IMG/VR virus record: IMGVR_UViG_3300020577_011550
Location: 1-64,000 of that record
Direction: 5' to 3' (one strand)
Length of the DNA stretch: 64,000 nucleotides
Source of the DNA: a virus
Lineage: Duplodnaviria > Caudoviricetes
This document shows, piece after piece, positions 47,249 through 56,459 of this stretch. The notes beneath the pieces are model-generated. The model was given only the letters and a program-made list of their open reading frames with translations. It had not been told where the DNA came from and did not search any database. Numbering within the stretch: position 1 is the first letter of the stretch; the number at the start of each line of letters is the position of its first letter. A program made the position numbers and the translations under genes.

Positions 47249-47454
47249 TGGACATTTATCTCCAGCATGAAGATTGGCGCGATTGCCCGGTCATTTATCC
47301 CCGGAACAATCCGCTCATGGGCGAAATTGTCCCCACGCCGAAGCCCTCGCTCGACAGCTCAACGCTCATCGGTCTGGGCTATCGCGAAGTTGCGCCCGAT
47401 CTGTTGGTGCGCACTGGCATGACCAAGGCGCGCCGCCCCGCTGCACATCTTTGA
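47248..47454 (+). CDS. Hypothetical protein
   Basis: TGATG overlap. Confidence 0.6.
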   Translation: MDIYLQHEDWRDCPVIYPRNNPLMGEIVPTPKPSLDSSTLIGLGYREVAPDLLVRTGMTKARRPAAHL

Positions 47455-47455
47455 A

Positions 47456-47671
47456 ATGTGGTACATCGATGAGACCGGGCCGCGGCACGTTTGCGGTTAC
47501 GGCACAAGCCCGCGTGCTGCGCATGCCGATGCATGGCGGCTGCGTCGCCAGGTCGCGAATCACGGTTCGCGCATTGCAGCCGCCGAGTTTGCCCGCAGTC
47601 GGATCAAGCAGATTGCCTTCAAGGACGTCGCCGACGAACGCGCGCTCCGCCAACTTGAGTTAGCGGGGTAG
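47456..47671 (+). CDS. Hypothetical protein
   Basis: Operon position. Confidence 0.55.
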   Translation: MWYIDETGPRHVCGYGTSPRAAHADAWRLRRQVANHGSRIAAAEFARSRIKQIAFKDVADERALRQLELAG

Positions 47672-47676
47672 GGCAG

Positions 47677-47979
47677 ATGAAGACGACCTGTCCTGTTTGC
47701 AATGGTGATCGCACGATTCGCAGTCTGCACATGACTGCTGCCGGGCCCGATGAAGTCAACTGCTGGTTCTGTGAAGGCAAGGGGGAGGTTCCGGTTTCGA
47801 CCGAGCCGATTTATGTCCTGACCACGAGCCAGATTCACCCGTGGATTTACTCGCAGGCGTGGGTCAAGGGCACTTTGGCGAAGATCCAGCATCCGCGTCA
47901 TGGCACGTTTTACGCGAAGCAGCGTGGCTCGTGCTGGCACCGCATCGAACGCAAGCTGCCGTTCGGCTATGGACTGTAG
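47677..47979 (+). CDS. Hypothetical protein with DnaJ-like CxxCxG fingers
   Basis: CPVCNGD, CWFCEGKG. Confidence 0.65.
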   Translation: MKTTCPVCNGDRTIRSLHMTAAGPDEVNCWFCEGKGEVPVSTEPIYVLTTSQIHPWIYSQAWVKGTLAKIQHPRHGTFYAKQRGSCWHRIERKLPFGYGL

Positions 47980-47988
47980 GGGAAGATC

Positions 47989-50454
47989 ATGACGATGCTC
48001 GAAGGACTCACTAAACCGATGCGCGACGCGTTGAACGCGATCCGCGCTGGCGGCGAATCGACCATGAAGGCGAACACCAACACGATCAAGGCGCTGATCG
48101 ACCGCGGGCTGATCGAAGTCGCGGCGATTGAACAGCCGCAGCGCTGGTTGCTTTCGCCCGTGGGCGAAATGGTCTACTTCAACGACGAGGTCTTGTCCAC
48201 GTATCAAACGACCAGCTTCGCGCCGGGGCAGGATGTGCAGTATCTGCACTGGCATACCAACGGTTATCCGTGGCGCTTTGAATGGGAAGCCGGGCAGGTT
48301 GAGCGCATCACCAAAGCATTCGTGTTCGTGAAGTATCCGAACGGCGAGGTGAAGCAGCACGTGCCCAAGCGCTTACGTCACAAGCCGATGCCGACGCTCA
48401 GCGCGGTGATAGCCGAGGCTTTGATTGAAGCTGCTGCGCTGCAATCGACCGACACCAGTTTCGAGCCGTACATCTCCGAGCCGCGCATGGTCGATGACAA
48501 GCTCATCGCCGTGACCGCGATCTGCAATATCTGTGGCTGCCAGTACGACTCGATCCACCTGAAAGGGCTGCGCAATCCGTGGTTGTTCGCGAACCTGAAT
48601 CCGCGCTGCCCGGCGTGCTTGTGGCCGGACATTGACGACCGGATCAAGAAGATACGCGAATCGGAAGCCCTGTCGCATGACGAACCCCTCGTCGTGGAGC
48701 CGCGCATGGTCAACGATAAGCTGATCGCTGTGACGGGCTTCTGCGATGTGTGCGGTTGCCAGTACGATGATATTGTTCCCTACGAGATGCCCCGCGAACG
48801 CCTTTGGCGCTGGACAAACTTGGTTTCGCGCTGCTCGGTGTGCTTCCGGAACAACTGCTACGAATGTGGCAAGCCGCTGCCCGCCACCAGCGACGAACGC
48901 AGCATCGGGTACTGTGACGAGTGCAATACACGGCCATTAGGGAGCAAAAAAGCGGCTGAGCAAATCCCTAATATCCCGACCGCCGCTCACATCGACTATC
49001 CGCTGCTCGTGACGTTCCTCGCCGATGGGGAGAACGCGTTTCATCACTTATGGGCTTGGTACGCGGGTGTGATTTCCATCGCGTTGATGGACTACGAGCG
49101 TGTCTCCTCAGAGGATGCGATGAAGCGTGCCATGCGCAGCGCCGCCGCTCTGCTGCACCTGCGCTTCGAGGAAGAATACCTGCGCCTCGTCGATGCAGTC
49201 GGGCACAATAACGACGCGGACGCGCTGTTTCACGTGCTGCCCATCAATGCGGAAATGACGGTGCGCACGTGGATGATCGAGTACGGCCAATTTGATTACA
49301 CGGCTCAGCTGATCGACCTGCGCCAGACCGCCCGTGAACATGCCGTCTACGTTGACCCGATCCCTACGCGCTTGACGCCATTGGAATACCGCGAAGGGCA
49401 GTACAGCTCTCGGCAGCGCGCCGGGGTGTGCCGCGTTTGGTGGCACGCGCCGTCCACGCGCCGCTTCGTCGAACACGTCACGCAAGATAGCTCGACCGGC
49501 AGATGGTACGTTCACGCGCACAAACTGGAGATCCCCATCCCGCTGATACCAGATGAATACTTCACCGTCGAAGAATTGACGCCCGCGCGGATCAATGACC
49601 GCGTGCAGCGTTTGGATGATGGGCAGTTGGGCACGGTCGTCGGCGTCAGCGGCGGCGACGTGTGGGTGAAGCCGGAGCAGGGCGGGGAGCAGCCGCGCTG
49701 GAAGCGCGTGCACGTTGACATCATTTATCCGAAAGACCCGACCGGCGATGAAACTGATGAATACCTGTCGGATGAAGCTGTGCCCCCACCGTGGACGCCG
49801 GATATTTTGAAGCGCGTCCGTATCAAGGCTGGACTTCATGCCGGCATCATCGCCCAAGTCACGGATATTGGCGCGAATGCACGCGGGGCAACCTACAAGG
49901 TATTCAGCGAATGGTACAACGCCTCCGATTTGGAAGACCCCAACACGCCCATGACGCTTCTGTCCGACGAAGAGATCGCCCACACCTGCGCGAAGATTCG
50001 CCTGCACCTGCATGGCGGGATGCGCGTCGGGTTGATCGAATCAGTGACGCACCTGCTCGATCAGCAGTATCAGGTCAAGTTCGTTCACTTCACTGACTAC
50101 ATTCCCCACGCGATTCTCGAACGCATCGAATTCCTGTACATGGTCGATGATCATGACCGTTCGTCCGTCCTGATCGGATTGGACAGCCCCCCATTGTGGC
50201 GTCTGAGTCAGTCCGACGAAGCCCGCGAATTTCAGGCCGTGTTGGATGCCGCCGGAATCGCGCTGCAAGCCCGTTTTAACGCGCAAAACGAACTTATCGT
50301 CTTTCACCCCCTTGAGGATGTTTTAGAACGCTTGTGCGCCAACGTGCGCAAGCTGGCGGGGGTTTTAGCGGTCGATCTCGGATTCAACAACAACCCGTGC
50401 TTGGCGCAGGTCAAGCTTCAGAAAATCTTAGAAGGGGCAACCGCCAATGGCTAA
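47989..50454 (+). CDS. Large mosaic multidomain protein with an internal zinc-finger duplication
   Basis: 821 aa; EPRMV(D/N)DKLIAVT..C..CGCQYD occurs twice; several SH3/KOW-like segments. Confidence 0.75.
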   Translation: MTMLEGLTKPMRDALNAIRAGGESTMKANTNTIKALIDRGLIEVAAIEQPQRWLLSPVGEMVYFNDEVLSTYQTTSFAPGQDVQYLHWHTNGYPWRFEWEAGQVERITKAFVFVKYPNGEVKQHVPKRLRHKPMPTLSAVIAEALIEAAALQSTDTSFEPYISEPRMVDDKLIAVTAICNICGCQYDSIHLKGLRNPWLFANLNPRCPACLWPDIDDRIKKIRESEALSHDEPLVVEPRMVNDKLIAVTGFCDVCGCQYDDIVPYEMPRERLWRWTNLVSRCSVCFRNNCYECGKPLPATSDERSIGYCDECNTRPLGSKKAAEQIPNIPTAAHIDYPLLVTFLADGENAFHHLWAWYAGVISIALMDYERVSSEDAMKRAMRSAAALLHLRFEEEYLRLVDAVGHNNDADALFHVLPINAEMTVRTWMIEYGQFDYTAQLIDLRQTAREHAVYVDPIPTRLTPLEYREGQYSSRQRAGVCRVWWHAPSTRRFVEHVTQDSSTGRWYVHAHKLEIPIPLIPDEYFTVEELTPARINDRVQRLDDGQLGTVVGVSGGDVWVKPEQGGEQPRWKRVHVDIIYPKDPTGDETDEYLSDEAVPPPWTPDILKRVRIKAGLHAGIIAQVTDIGANARGATYKVFSEWYNASDLEDPNTPMTLLSDEEIAHTCAKIRLHLHGGMRVGLIESVTHLLDQQYQVKFVHFTDYIPHAILERIEFLYMVDDHDRSSVLIGLDSPPLWRLSQSDEAREFQAVLDAAGIALQARFNAQNELIVFHPLEDVLERLCANVRKLAGVLAVDLGFNNNPCLAQVKLQKILEGATANG

Positions 50455-50752
50455 CATTTCTGATCGTAAGCTGCTGCACATCGGCGCGTCACAGCGCGCG
50501 GCGAAAGCAGCCCGTCCGAAAGACTTTACGGTCGTCCTGCGCGGTGTGCGTATGTCGCCCGGCGAAGCGCTGAAGCGTGGCGGATTTGTCGTAGCGAGCT
50601 GGTGGGAACAGAAGGTCACGCTGATCTGCCTGCGCACCGGTCGGCTGATGCTTCTCTCTGGCAACATCGCCGTGGAAGTGAACGCGCATCCGGATGTGGT
50701 TCGCGCCGTCTTCAAGCCGCACTGTGATGCCCAGTGGTGGAGGAAAAGCTAA
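50447..50752 (+). CDS. Hypothetical protein
   Basis: Operon overlap. Confidence 0.6.
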   Translation: MANISDRKLLHIGASQRAAKAARPKDFTVVLRGVRMSPGEALKRGGFVVASWWEQKVTLICLRTGRLMLLSGNIAVEVNAHPDVVRAVFKPHCDAQWWRKS

Positions 50753-51669
50753 TGTCGCTGACCTCGCAGCTCAAGGAAGCGGACAGCCCGGTTTCGCGCT
50801 TTCTGAACGCCAAGATGAAGTCGGAGGCGGTGGACGGCATGATCGCCAGATTCAACGCGGTCACAACGCGTCGGCCGACGCTGGTCACTGACGGCGTGAG
50901 CGCCGATATCGTCGGCACAGCCTTCGATTACGCGTTTCGCTGGAACATTGAACAGTTTACGCCGCGGCAGCTCGTCGCCTGGCATGGTGCGCGCGATTTA
51001 CGCGATGAACGGGTAATCATAGATTTGGTCGAGATGGGCAATGCTCAACCCGACCAGCGCGCTGCCTGCGCCATTGTCTTGTCGTGGTATGAGCGGATCT
51101 TCCGTTCGGGGCACATCCGCCCCGAACTGGAAGCCTCGAATGTCGGGCTGAGCAGTGAAGGTCCGTACCTCACACGCTTATTGGCCCATGTGCCGGCCGC
51201 TGATTTGGCCGACGTGCAGCGTTTGATGTCAACGGTAAATCAGGTCTGGGGTGATCGGCTGAAGGAGCAGCCGTATCACTCCAACCCCATGTTTGATGGC
51301 AGCCCGAATGTAGGCGGTGCGGACGCGGACTGGATCATGGGGCGCACACTCTACGAATGCAAAACCACGCGCAAGAGCCGCCCGTTCACCCGCGAAATGT
51401 TCCTCCAGATGATCGGCTACGTGCTGCTCGATTACTCCGATCGCTACAAGCTGGAAAAAGTAGCGTGGTATTTCGCCCGTCACCAGCTGCTGATCGAGCT
51501 GCCCATCACCAACCTATTTCGGGATCTGCCTGCGCTGCGCGCTGAATTCAAGGCTCGCTTGCGCCCATCCGCGCCCCGGCGCACACGTTCGCTGGCGCGT
51601 GATCTTCGCGACATCGCCGAAAAACATCACGGCGACGAACTCGACTTTGACCTGTATGGAGACTTTTAG
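50752..51669 (+). CDS. PD-(D/E)xK nuclease-fold protein
   Basis: GADADW......ECKT...QMIGY. Confidence 0.7.
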   Translation: MSLTSQLKEADSPVSRFLNAKMKSEAVDGMIARFNAVTTRRPTLVTDGVSADIVGTAFDYAFRWNIEQFTPRQLVAWHGARDLRDERVIIDLVEMGNAQPDQRAACAIVLSWYERIFRSGHIRPELEASNVGLSSEGPYLTRLLAHVPAADLADVQRLMSTVNQVWGDRLKEQPYHSNPMFDGSPNVGGADADWIMGRTLYECKTTRKSRPFTREMFLQMIGYVLLDYSDRYKLEKVAWYFARHQLLIELPITNLFRDLPALRAEFKARLRPSAPRRTRSLARDLRDIAEKHHGDELDFDLYGDF

Positions 51670-52089
51670 ATGACGAAGGCTAGCGCACAGATGAAGCTCG
51701 AAATGCTCGTGGACTTTGCAATCAAGGCCACCACGCTGCGCGAGGTGGATTGGGTCGCTGCTCAGATGGCAGTTTATGGAGAGCGCGGCATTGATGCTCT
51801 GGTCGCCGGGATCACCGATGCAACCGCGGGTACGCGCGCCGTGCTGCGCATGCTGTCGGTGCTCGGCTCAATGCACGTTGTTTCTACACCTAAGGTCGCC
51901 GCGGCGCTGGAACGACTGCTGCTCACGCGTCCGGAGGTACAGGTGCACAAGGCCGTGCTGCCCTCCATCATTTTGCACGGTCAGCAAGGGCGCGAAGATG
52001 CGGCGCTGGCGGTGCATTCGTTCAAGAATCGCAGCGAGGCGACCGCTGCGCTCGTCACGGAAGCCTATCGCATTCTGGAGAAGTGCTGA
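51670..52089 (+). CDS. Hypothetical HEAT-like protein
   Basis: Abuts upstream stop. Confidence 0.65.
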   Translation: MTKASAQMKLEMLVDFAIKATTLREVDWVAAQMAVYGERGIDALVAGITDATAGTRAVLRMLSVLGSMHVVSTPKVAAALERLLLTRPEVQVHKAVLPSIILHGQQGREDAALAVHSFKNRSEATAALVTEAYRILEKC

Positions 52090-52580
52090 TGGTTACGATC
52101 AAGGCCACTGGTCAGCCCGGCGAACGGCTGCACGCCGAACCGTGCGGGTATCCCGAATATCTCTGCTCGTGTGAGCATCCGCCGCTCAATGATGCTGGTA
52201 TCGCAGCGCTTGATACCGAAGACTTTGACGTAGAAACGCTGAAAAGCACGATTAAAGCGCTGAAGCGTCGCCTTTCCGTATCCACGCCGAAGCGGCAGTT
52301 CAAACAAGTTTTGGAGCTTTATGCTCTGGGATATCTGGAAGAAGCCGAACTCGATCTGGGCGACTTTACCCTCACCGTGCAGCGACGCTCCAGCGACTGG
52401 ATGGTTTACCTGAACGGTCAAAAAGGCGTATGGGGTTGCCACAACACGCTCGATGGCGCGATTGGGTACATGCTTCTCACCTATGTTGGCTGGTGCAATA
52501 CCGTTCACGACGTGTCTCACCCCGAACTGCATGATCTTGCTCTGAGCATTCTCAAGAAACCGGAGACTGTCCAATCATGA
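52089..52580 (+). CDS. Hypothetical protein
   Basis: TGATG overlap. Confidence 0.65.
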   Translation: MVTIKATGQPGERLHAEPCGYPEYLCSCEHPPLNDAGIAALDTEDFDVETLKSTIKALKRRLSVSTPKRQFKQVLELYALGYLEEAELDLGDFTLTVQRRSSDWMVYLNGQKGVWGCHNTLDGAIGYMLLTYVGWCNTVHDVSHPELHDLALSILKKPETVQS

Positions 52581-52990
52581 TCAAGATGTCTGTCGTTCAC
52601 GTGTCCGGCCCGAAGATGACGCCGGAATATCGGTTCACGGTCGAGAATCAGCCCGGCGGTATGGCTGCGTTTCAGGACAAAATCACGGAACGCACTGTGA
52701 CCGAGATGGCCGAGTTGAACACACTGATCTCCGAAGGCTACGAGAAGTTCGACGCGCAGAAGTTCACGTTCAGCGACGGCGAGGCGATTATCTACCTGCT
52801 GTACAAGCCGGATCCGACGAAATACGTTGTCGAAAGCCGCTGGCTGACAACCGACGAAAAGCCGGATTGGGAGCCTGCGCCCGACCCCTATATGTTTGAT
52901 GACTCCAACGCTGCCTTCGAGCGCCAGCGCGATCTCAGCACGATTTCGCGTGACTACCAGTTTCGCGTGCGGTCGGTGAATCATGCCTAA
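52577..52990 (+). CDS. Hypothetical protein
   Basis: ATGA overlap. Confidence 0.7.
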   Translation: MIKMSVVHVSGPKMTPEYRFTVENQPGGMAAFQDKITERTVTEMAELNTLISEGYEKFDAQKFTFSDGEAIIYLLYKPDPTKYVVESRWLTTDEKPDWEPAPDPYMFDDSNAAFERQRDLSTISRDYQFRVRSVNHA

Positions 52991-53684
52991 GATTCGCGAG
53001 CTAGCGATCATCACCGCCCGCCTATTCCAACCGGGTGCTCCCTGTGTGCGGAAGCATCTGCTCCAGATCGAAACAGATCTATGGTGCTTTGGAAACCGCG
53101 ACGCCCAGTCGGTCTGGGATGTGGTGGAAGATGAGCACGCCCCTGCGTCGCATTTTGACGACCGGGCTATCCATATCAGCATCGCCGCTGCGCCCAGTCC
53201 CGCCCCGCGTTCGAACGGTATGACCTATCTGGACTCTCTGCTGTTTGAGCGCAATCCGGATGAAGCCATTGCCCCTAGCAGCACGGTAGCGCTTGCCTAT
53301 GTCGCCAAGCGGCGGTTGTTGGACGTTGAGGGTAACGAGGTCCGCTTCTACGGGCTGTTCGAGCTGGAACTCCCCGATGTGGAAGATCGGCTGTTGGATG
53401 CCAGCCAGATCCGCGCGATTTTCCTCGGCGAGCTGGACTTCAACCGCTCACTTAAATCGCTGACGTTCACCGTCACGACCGCCGAACAGGAAGGGGTGAT
53501 CCTTGCCGCCATGCGTAATTATCGCGTATCGATGCGTGCACTCCGGATCGCCGATGCAACCAACATTCCAGTTGATAACCTACCGCTGTTGGCATTGGAG
53601 AACGCGGGATTGATCAGCGCAGACTGCTCAGGCCCGGTCATTCTCTACTCACTCACCGATCGCGCCAAGAAAGGCCTGCTGTGA
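52983..53684 (+). CDS. Hypothetical protein, tandem paralog A (C-terminal wHTH)
   Basis: RELAIITARLFQPG...WDVVE. Confidence 0.75.
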   Translation: MPKIRELAIITARLFQPGAPCVRKHLLQIETDLWCFGNRDAQSVWDVVEDEHAPASHFDDRAIHISIAAAPSPAPRSNGMTYLDSLLFERNPDEAIAPSSTVALAYVAKRRLLDVEGNEVRFYGLFELELPDVEDRLLDASQIRAIFLGELDFNRSLKSLTFTVTTAEQEGVILAAMRNYRVSMRALRIADATNIPVDNLPLLALENAGLISADCSGPVILYSLTDRAKKGLL

Positions 53685-54370
53685 ATCTTTACCGTGAATT
53701 GGTACTTGTCACCGCGCGCATCTTCGAACCCGGCCAGCAGCTTTCCTGCGTTGAATTGGTTGCGCTGGACACCAAGTTCTGGTTGCTGAGCGAGGGGCAG
53801 GATTTGTGGGATGTGATCGAACAGGTGCAAGGAACGAACGATTACACATTCCTGCGCCGCGCGATTCATCTCACCGTTGAACCGCTGCCCAACCCGGTGT
53901 TCCCGTATCCGGACTGGAAGTCCTACGTGCACATGCTGTTGAGCGAGGCGACGACCTGCACCGAGCAGCAGTTCTTCGAAGTCGATACCTCTCAATGGAA
54001 CGATGTCATCGAGCGCCGGTTGCTGGATAGCCGCGCTCGCATCATCCAGTTCTACGCGGTCTACCGCGTCGACGAAACGGTGCAGCGCGACGATGAAGAC
54101 TGCAAGGACACTCGGCTGATCATCGAGTACGAAGGTGAGCTTGATCTCACCATCCCACCGCTTACGACCTCCGCGCTTGAAATCCAGATTTTGCGGGTGG
54201 TTAACGCATTCAGCCATTCGCCGTTTACCGCGGGCGAAATCGATCGCGCATTGGTCACGCGTCCCGGAATGGCGCTGCATAGTGCCCTGACGAAGCTCTC
54301 GGAACAGGGGTTGCTGAAACATCTCGGCGGGTTTGGCTATGAGACGAAATTTGAGAAGGGGGCACAGTGA
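53681..54370 (+). CDS. Hypothetical protein, tandem paralog B (C-terminal wHTH)
   Basis: RELVLVTARIFEPG...WDVIE. Confidence 0.75.
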   Translation: MNLYRELVLVTARIFEPGQQLSCVELVALDTKFWLLSEGQDLWDVIEQVQGTNDYTFLRRAIHLTVEPLPNPVFPYPDWKSYVHMLLSEATTCTEQQFFEVDTSQWNDVIERRLLDSRARIIQFYAVYRVDETVQRDDEDCKDTRLIIEYEGELDLTIPPLTTSALEIQILRVVNAFSHSPFTAGEIDRALVTRPGMALHSALTKLSEQGLLKHLGGFGYETKFEKGAQ

Positions 54371-54639
54371 GACGCAATCAACACACGACCAATATGAAAC
54401 GCCAGATGCAGGGCGACCCGCCGCACACGCGCTGGTCATTGAGCGAAACGCACAAGGAGTGGCAGAAGGCTGTCGCGTCCGGGAATATCGAACAAGCGCA
54501 GCTGCTTTGGAATGCGGGAATTTCCTACGCGCCGCAGGTCAAGCCGATGTCGCGCAAGGCCTATAACCGTGCTGCCCGGCAGCGGCAGGCGGCTTCGCTG
54601 CCGCAGTTGATCACGGCGAAGGCGCGAGCTCTTCGGTGA
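54367..54639 (+). CDS. Hypothetical protein
   Basis: GTGA overlap. Confidence 0.6.
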   Translation: MRRNQHTTNMKRQMQGDPPHTRWSLSETHKEWQKAVASGNIEQAQLLWNAGISYAPQVKPMSRKAYNRAARQRQAASLPQLITAKARALR

Positions 54640-54833
54640 GAAAATACCCGCGTTGGCGACCGCGACATCGTCGTATTCGGCGGCGTTATCTGGTTGTCGA
54701 TTATCCAGCAAATCGGCTGTACACGGTCAAAGGCATGGTGGTACAGGACACCCCCATGCCCGAAACCGAAGAAGCACTACAGGATCGGATCAAAGAAGAG
54801 GCTAATTTCTTGATCCGTGAACTTCGTTTATGA
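54636..54833 (+). CDS. Hypothetical protein
   Basis: GTGA overlap. Confidence 0.55.
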   Translation: MRKYPRWRPRHRRIRRRYLVVDYPANRLYTVKGMVVQDTPMPETEEALQDRIKEEANFLIRELRL

Positions 54834-54860
54834 TATATTTCAAGTGAGGCACACACACAC

Positions 54861-55571
54861 ATGAAGCAGCAACAGGTACTTGAGGCACTCCAAAAGGTGG
54901 TGGACGCTCAATCGATCCACCCGAATACCGCAAGATCGCTGATCAGCCAGAATCTGATCATCGCGACCGAGACGGGCTACCTACTGACGGAAGATGGTCG
55001 TATCCTGCTCGGCGAACAGCTGGTCATTCAGCAATCGACGCGCGTGAAAGACGGTCTGCTCTGGCACACGATCGGCACGCCGTTCACGACGCGCGCCGAA
55101 GCCGAAGACGCAGCCCGGCTGCGTTCAGTGGCGGACGAAGTTGACTATCGCGTAGTGCTGGCTGACGGCATTGAACCCCAAACCTTCATCGTGTATTCCT
55201 ACGGCATCCGCTATTTGCAAGACGTGAACGAACTGCGCACGCGTGAGACGACCATCGTTCGCCCCGAAGGCGACGAAGGCGATCCGCTGCATATTTTCGC
55301 GGTCGAGCGGAATCAGGGGACAGGCTGGCAGCGCTACGGCACGCAGCTGTACACCTCGCAGGTGGATGCTGAAGGTGCGGCTTCGTCCGCATCGCAGACC
55401 AAAACGGGCGATTACCGGATCGTCCTCGACGAAAGCCCGCTGCTGCTACCGGTGATGTGGCGCGGCGGGCGACGCATGCCGGATGTTCATTTGCTGCGGC
55501 AAATGGGCACGATTGCCGGCGGCGGGACTGAGCATATTGAGACTCTTGTCCAGATCTGGACAGGGGACTAA
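54861..55571 (+). CDS. Hypothetical protein with N-terminal wHTH and an internal repeat
   Basis: W...G..F.....AE..A...S.....DYR(V/I)VL occurs twice. Confidence 0.7.
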   Translation: MKQQQVLEALQKVVDAQSIHPNTARSLISQNLIIATETGYLLTEDGRILLGEQLVIQQSTRVKDGLLWHTIGTPFTTRAEAEDAARLRSVADEVDYRVVLADGIEPQTFIVYSYGIRYLQDVNELRTRETTIVRPEGDEGDPLHIFAVERNQGTGWQRYGTQLYTSQVDAEGAASSASQTKTGDYRIVLDESPLLLPVMWRGGRRMPDVHLLRQMGTIAGGGTEHIETLVQIWTGD

Positions 55572-55590
55572 CTAACCAGAGAGAGAGACG

Positions 55591-56097
55591 ATGGCAAGCA
55601 TCCTGATGCTATACAATCAAGAAATCGCCGCATTGCTATTGGGCGTGGGGCGTAAGTTGGAAATCGTGCGGTCTGCTTTAGAAGAAGAAATGCTGAGATC
55701 GGACGCGCTTCCGCTCTTTCCCTTGCCATCTCTCGTAACTGCTGACGGGAAATCCGTCGTTCAGGTATCGACAATTGTCGAGTCCAGCCTCGTCGCTATG
55801 TCGCGCGACATCAACCGTGCTGAGAAGGCAGAGACGATTTTGGAAGTGCCTGACTTAGCCGAGTATGTCATCCAATACGTGCGCCTGCGCCAGATCAAGG
55901 GTGAGGGCACGGTTCGACACAGCAACGAGATGATGATCAGCTTATCGGAAGCGGGCCTCGATGCTGTCAAGAAGATCGAGGCTTTTCTCAAGCCCCAGGT
56001 TGACGCCAAGCTGCTATACCCCGCGCCGAAGCGTGAACTCAACCGGAAGCTGATCTTCGTGATCGCGCTCTACTACGCAAACAAGCCCGCCGCTTAA
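55591..56097 (+). CDS. Hypothetical protein
   Basis: 168-aa ORF ending in a terminator. Confidence 0.7.
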   Translation: MASILMLYNQEIAALLLGVGRKLEIVRSALEEEMLRSDALPLFPLPSLVTADGKSVVQVSTIVESSLVAMSRDINRAEKAETILEVPDLAEYVIQYVRLRQIKGEGTVRHSNEMMISLSEAGLDAVKKIEAFLKPQVDAKLLYPAPKRELNRKLIFVIALYYANKPAA

Positions 56098-56107
56098 GGC
56101 GGGCTTT
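56083..56107 (+). terminator. Rho-independent terminator
   Basis: aagcccgcc-gcttaa-ggcgggcttt. Confidence 0.75.
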
Positions 56108-56124
56108 CCCCTCAATTTTTCGCA

Positions 56125-56145
56125 ATACCATACGCCTTATGGTAT
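56125..56145 (+). promoter_or_regulatory. Palindromic operator/promoter, copy 5
   Basis: TCGCA-ATACCATA-cgcct-TATGGTAT-AAT. Confidence 0.88.
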
Positions 56146-56177
56146 AATAACTCTCATCATCAAAGGATGAGGGTTAG

Positions 56178-56459
56178 ATGATTCACACACCATCACTCAC
56201 CAAGGTTCTATCCGGATTGGATGTGCGCGCCCTGCGTGCCGTCCAATCGCTTGCGCAGGAGCAGATCACCGCGCGGGAACGGATGCAGGCGCAGTTATTG
56301 AGGATGACTGCGGATTATGATTCAATTGGGCCGCTGTGGACGGCGACCACCTATGGTCTGGGCTACGTTGAGAAACCGGGTTACATGGTGCTCGACGGCC
56401 CATTTACCAGTCGTGTAAGTGCTGAGCAGGTCTTAAAGGAGGTCGTTACCCATGTTTGA
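56178..56459 (+). CDS. Hypothetical protein
   Basis: RBS GAGGG; first gene after the operator. Confidence 0.7.
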   Translation: MIHTPSLTKVLSGLDVRALRAVQSLAQEQITARERMQAQLLRMTADYDSIGPLWTATTYGLGYVEKPGYMVLDGPFTSRVSAEQVLKEVVTHV

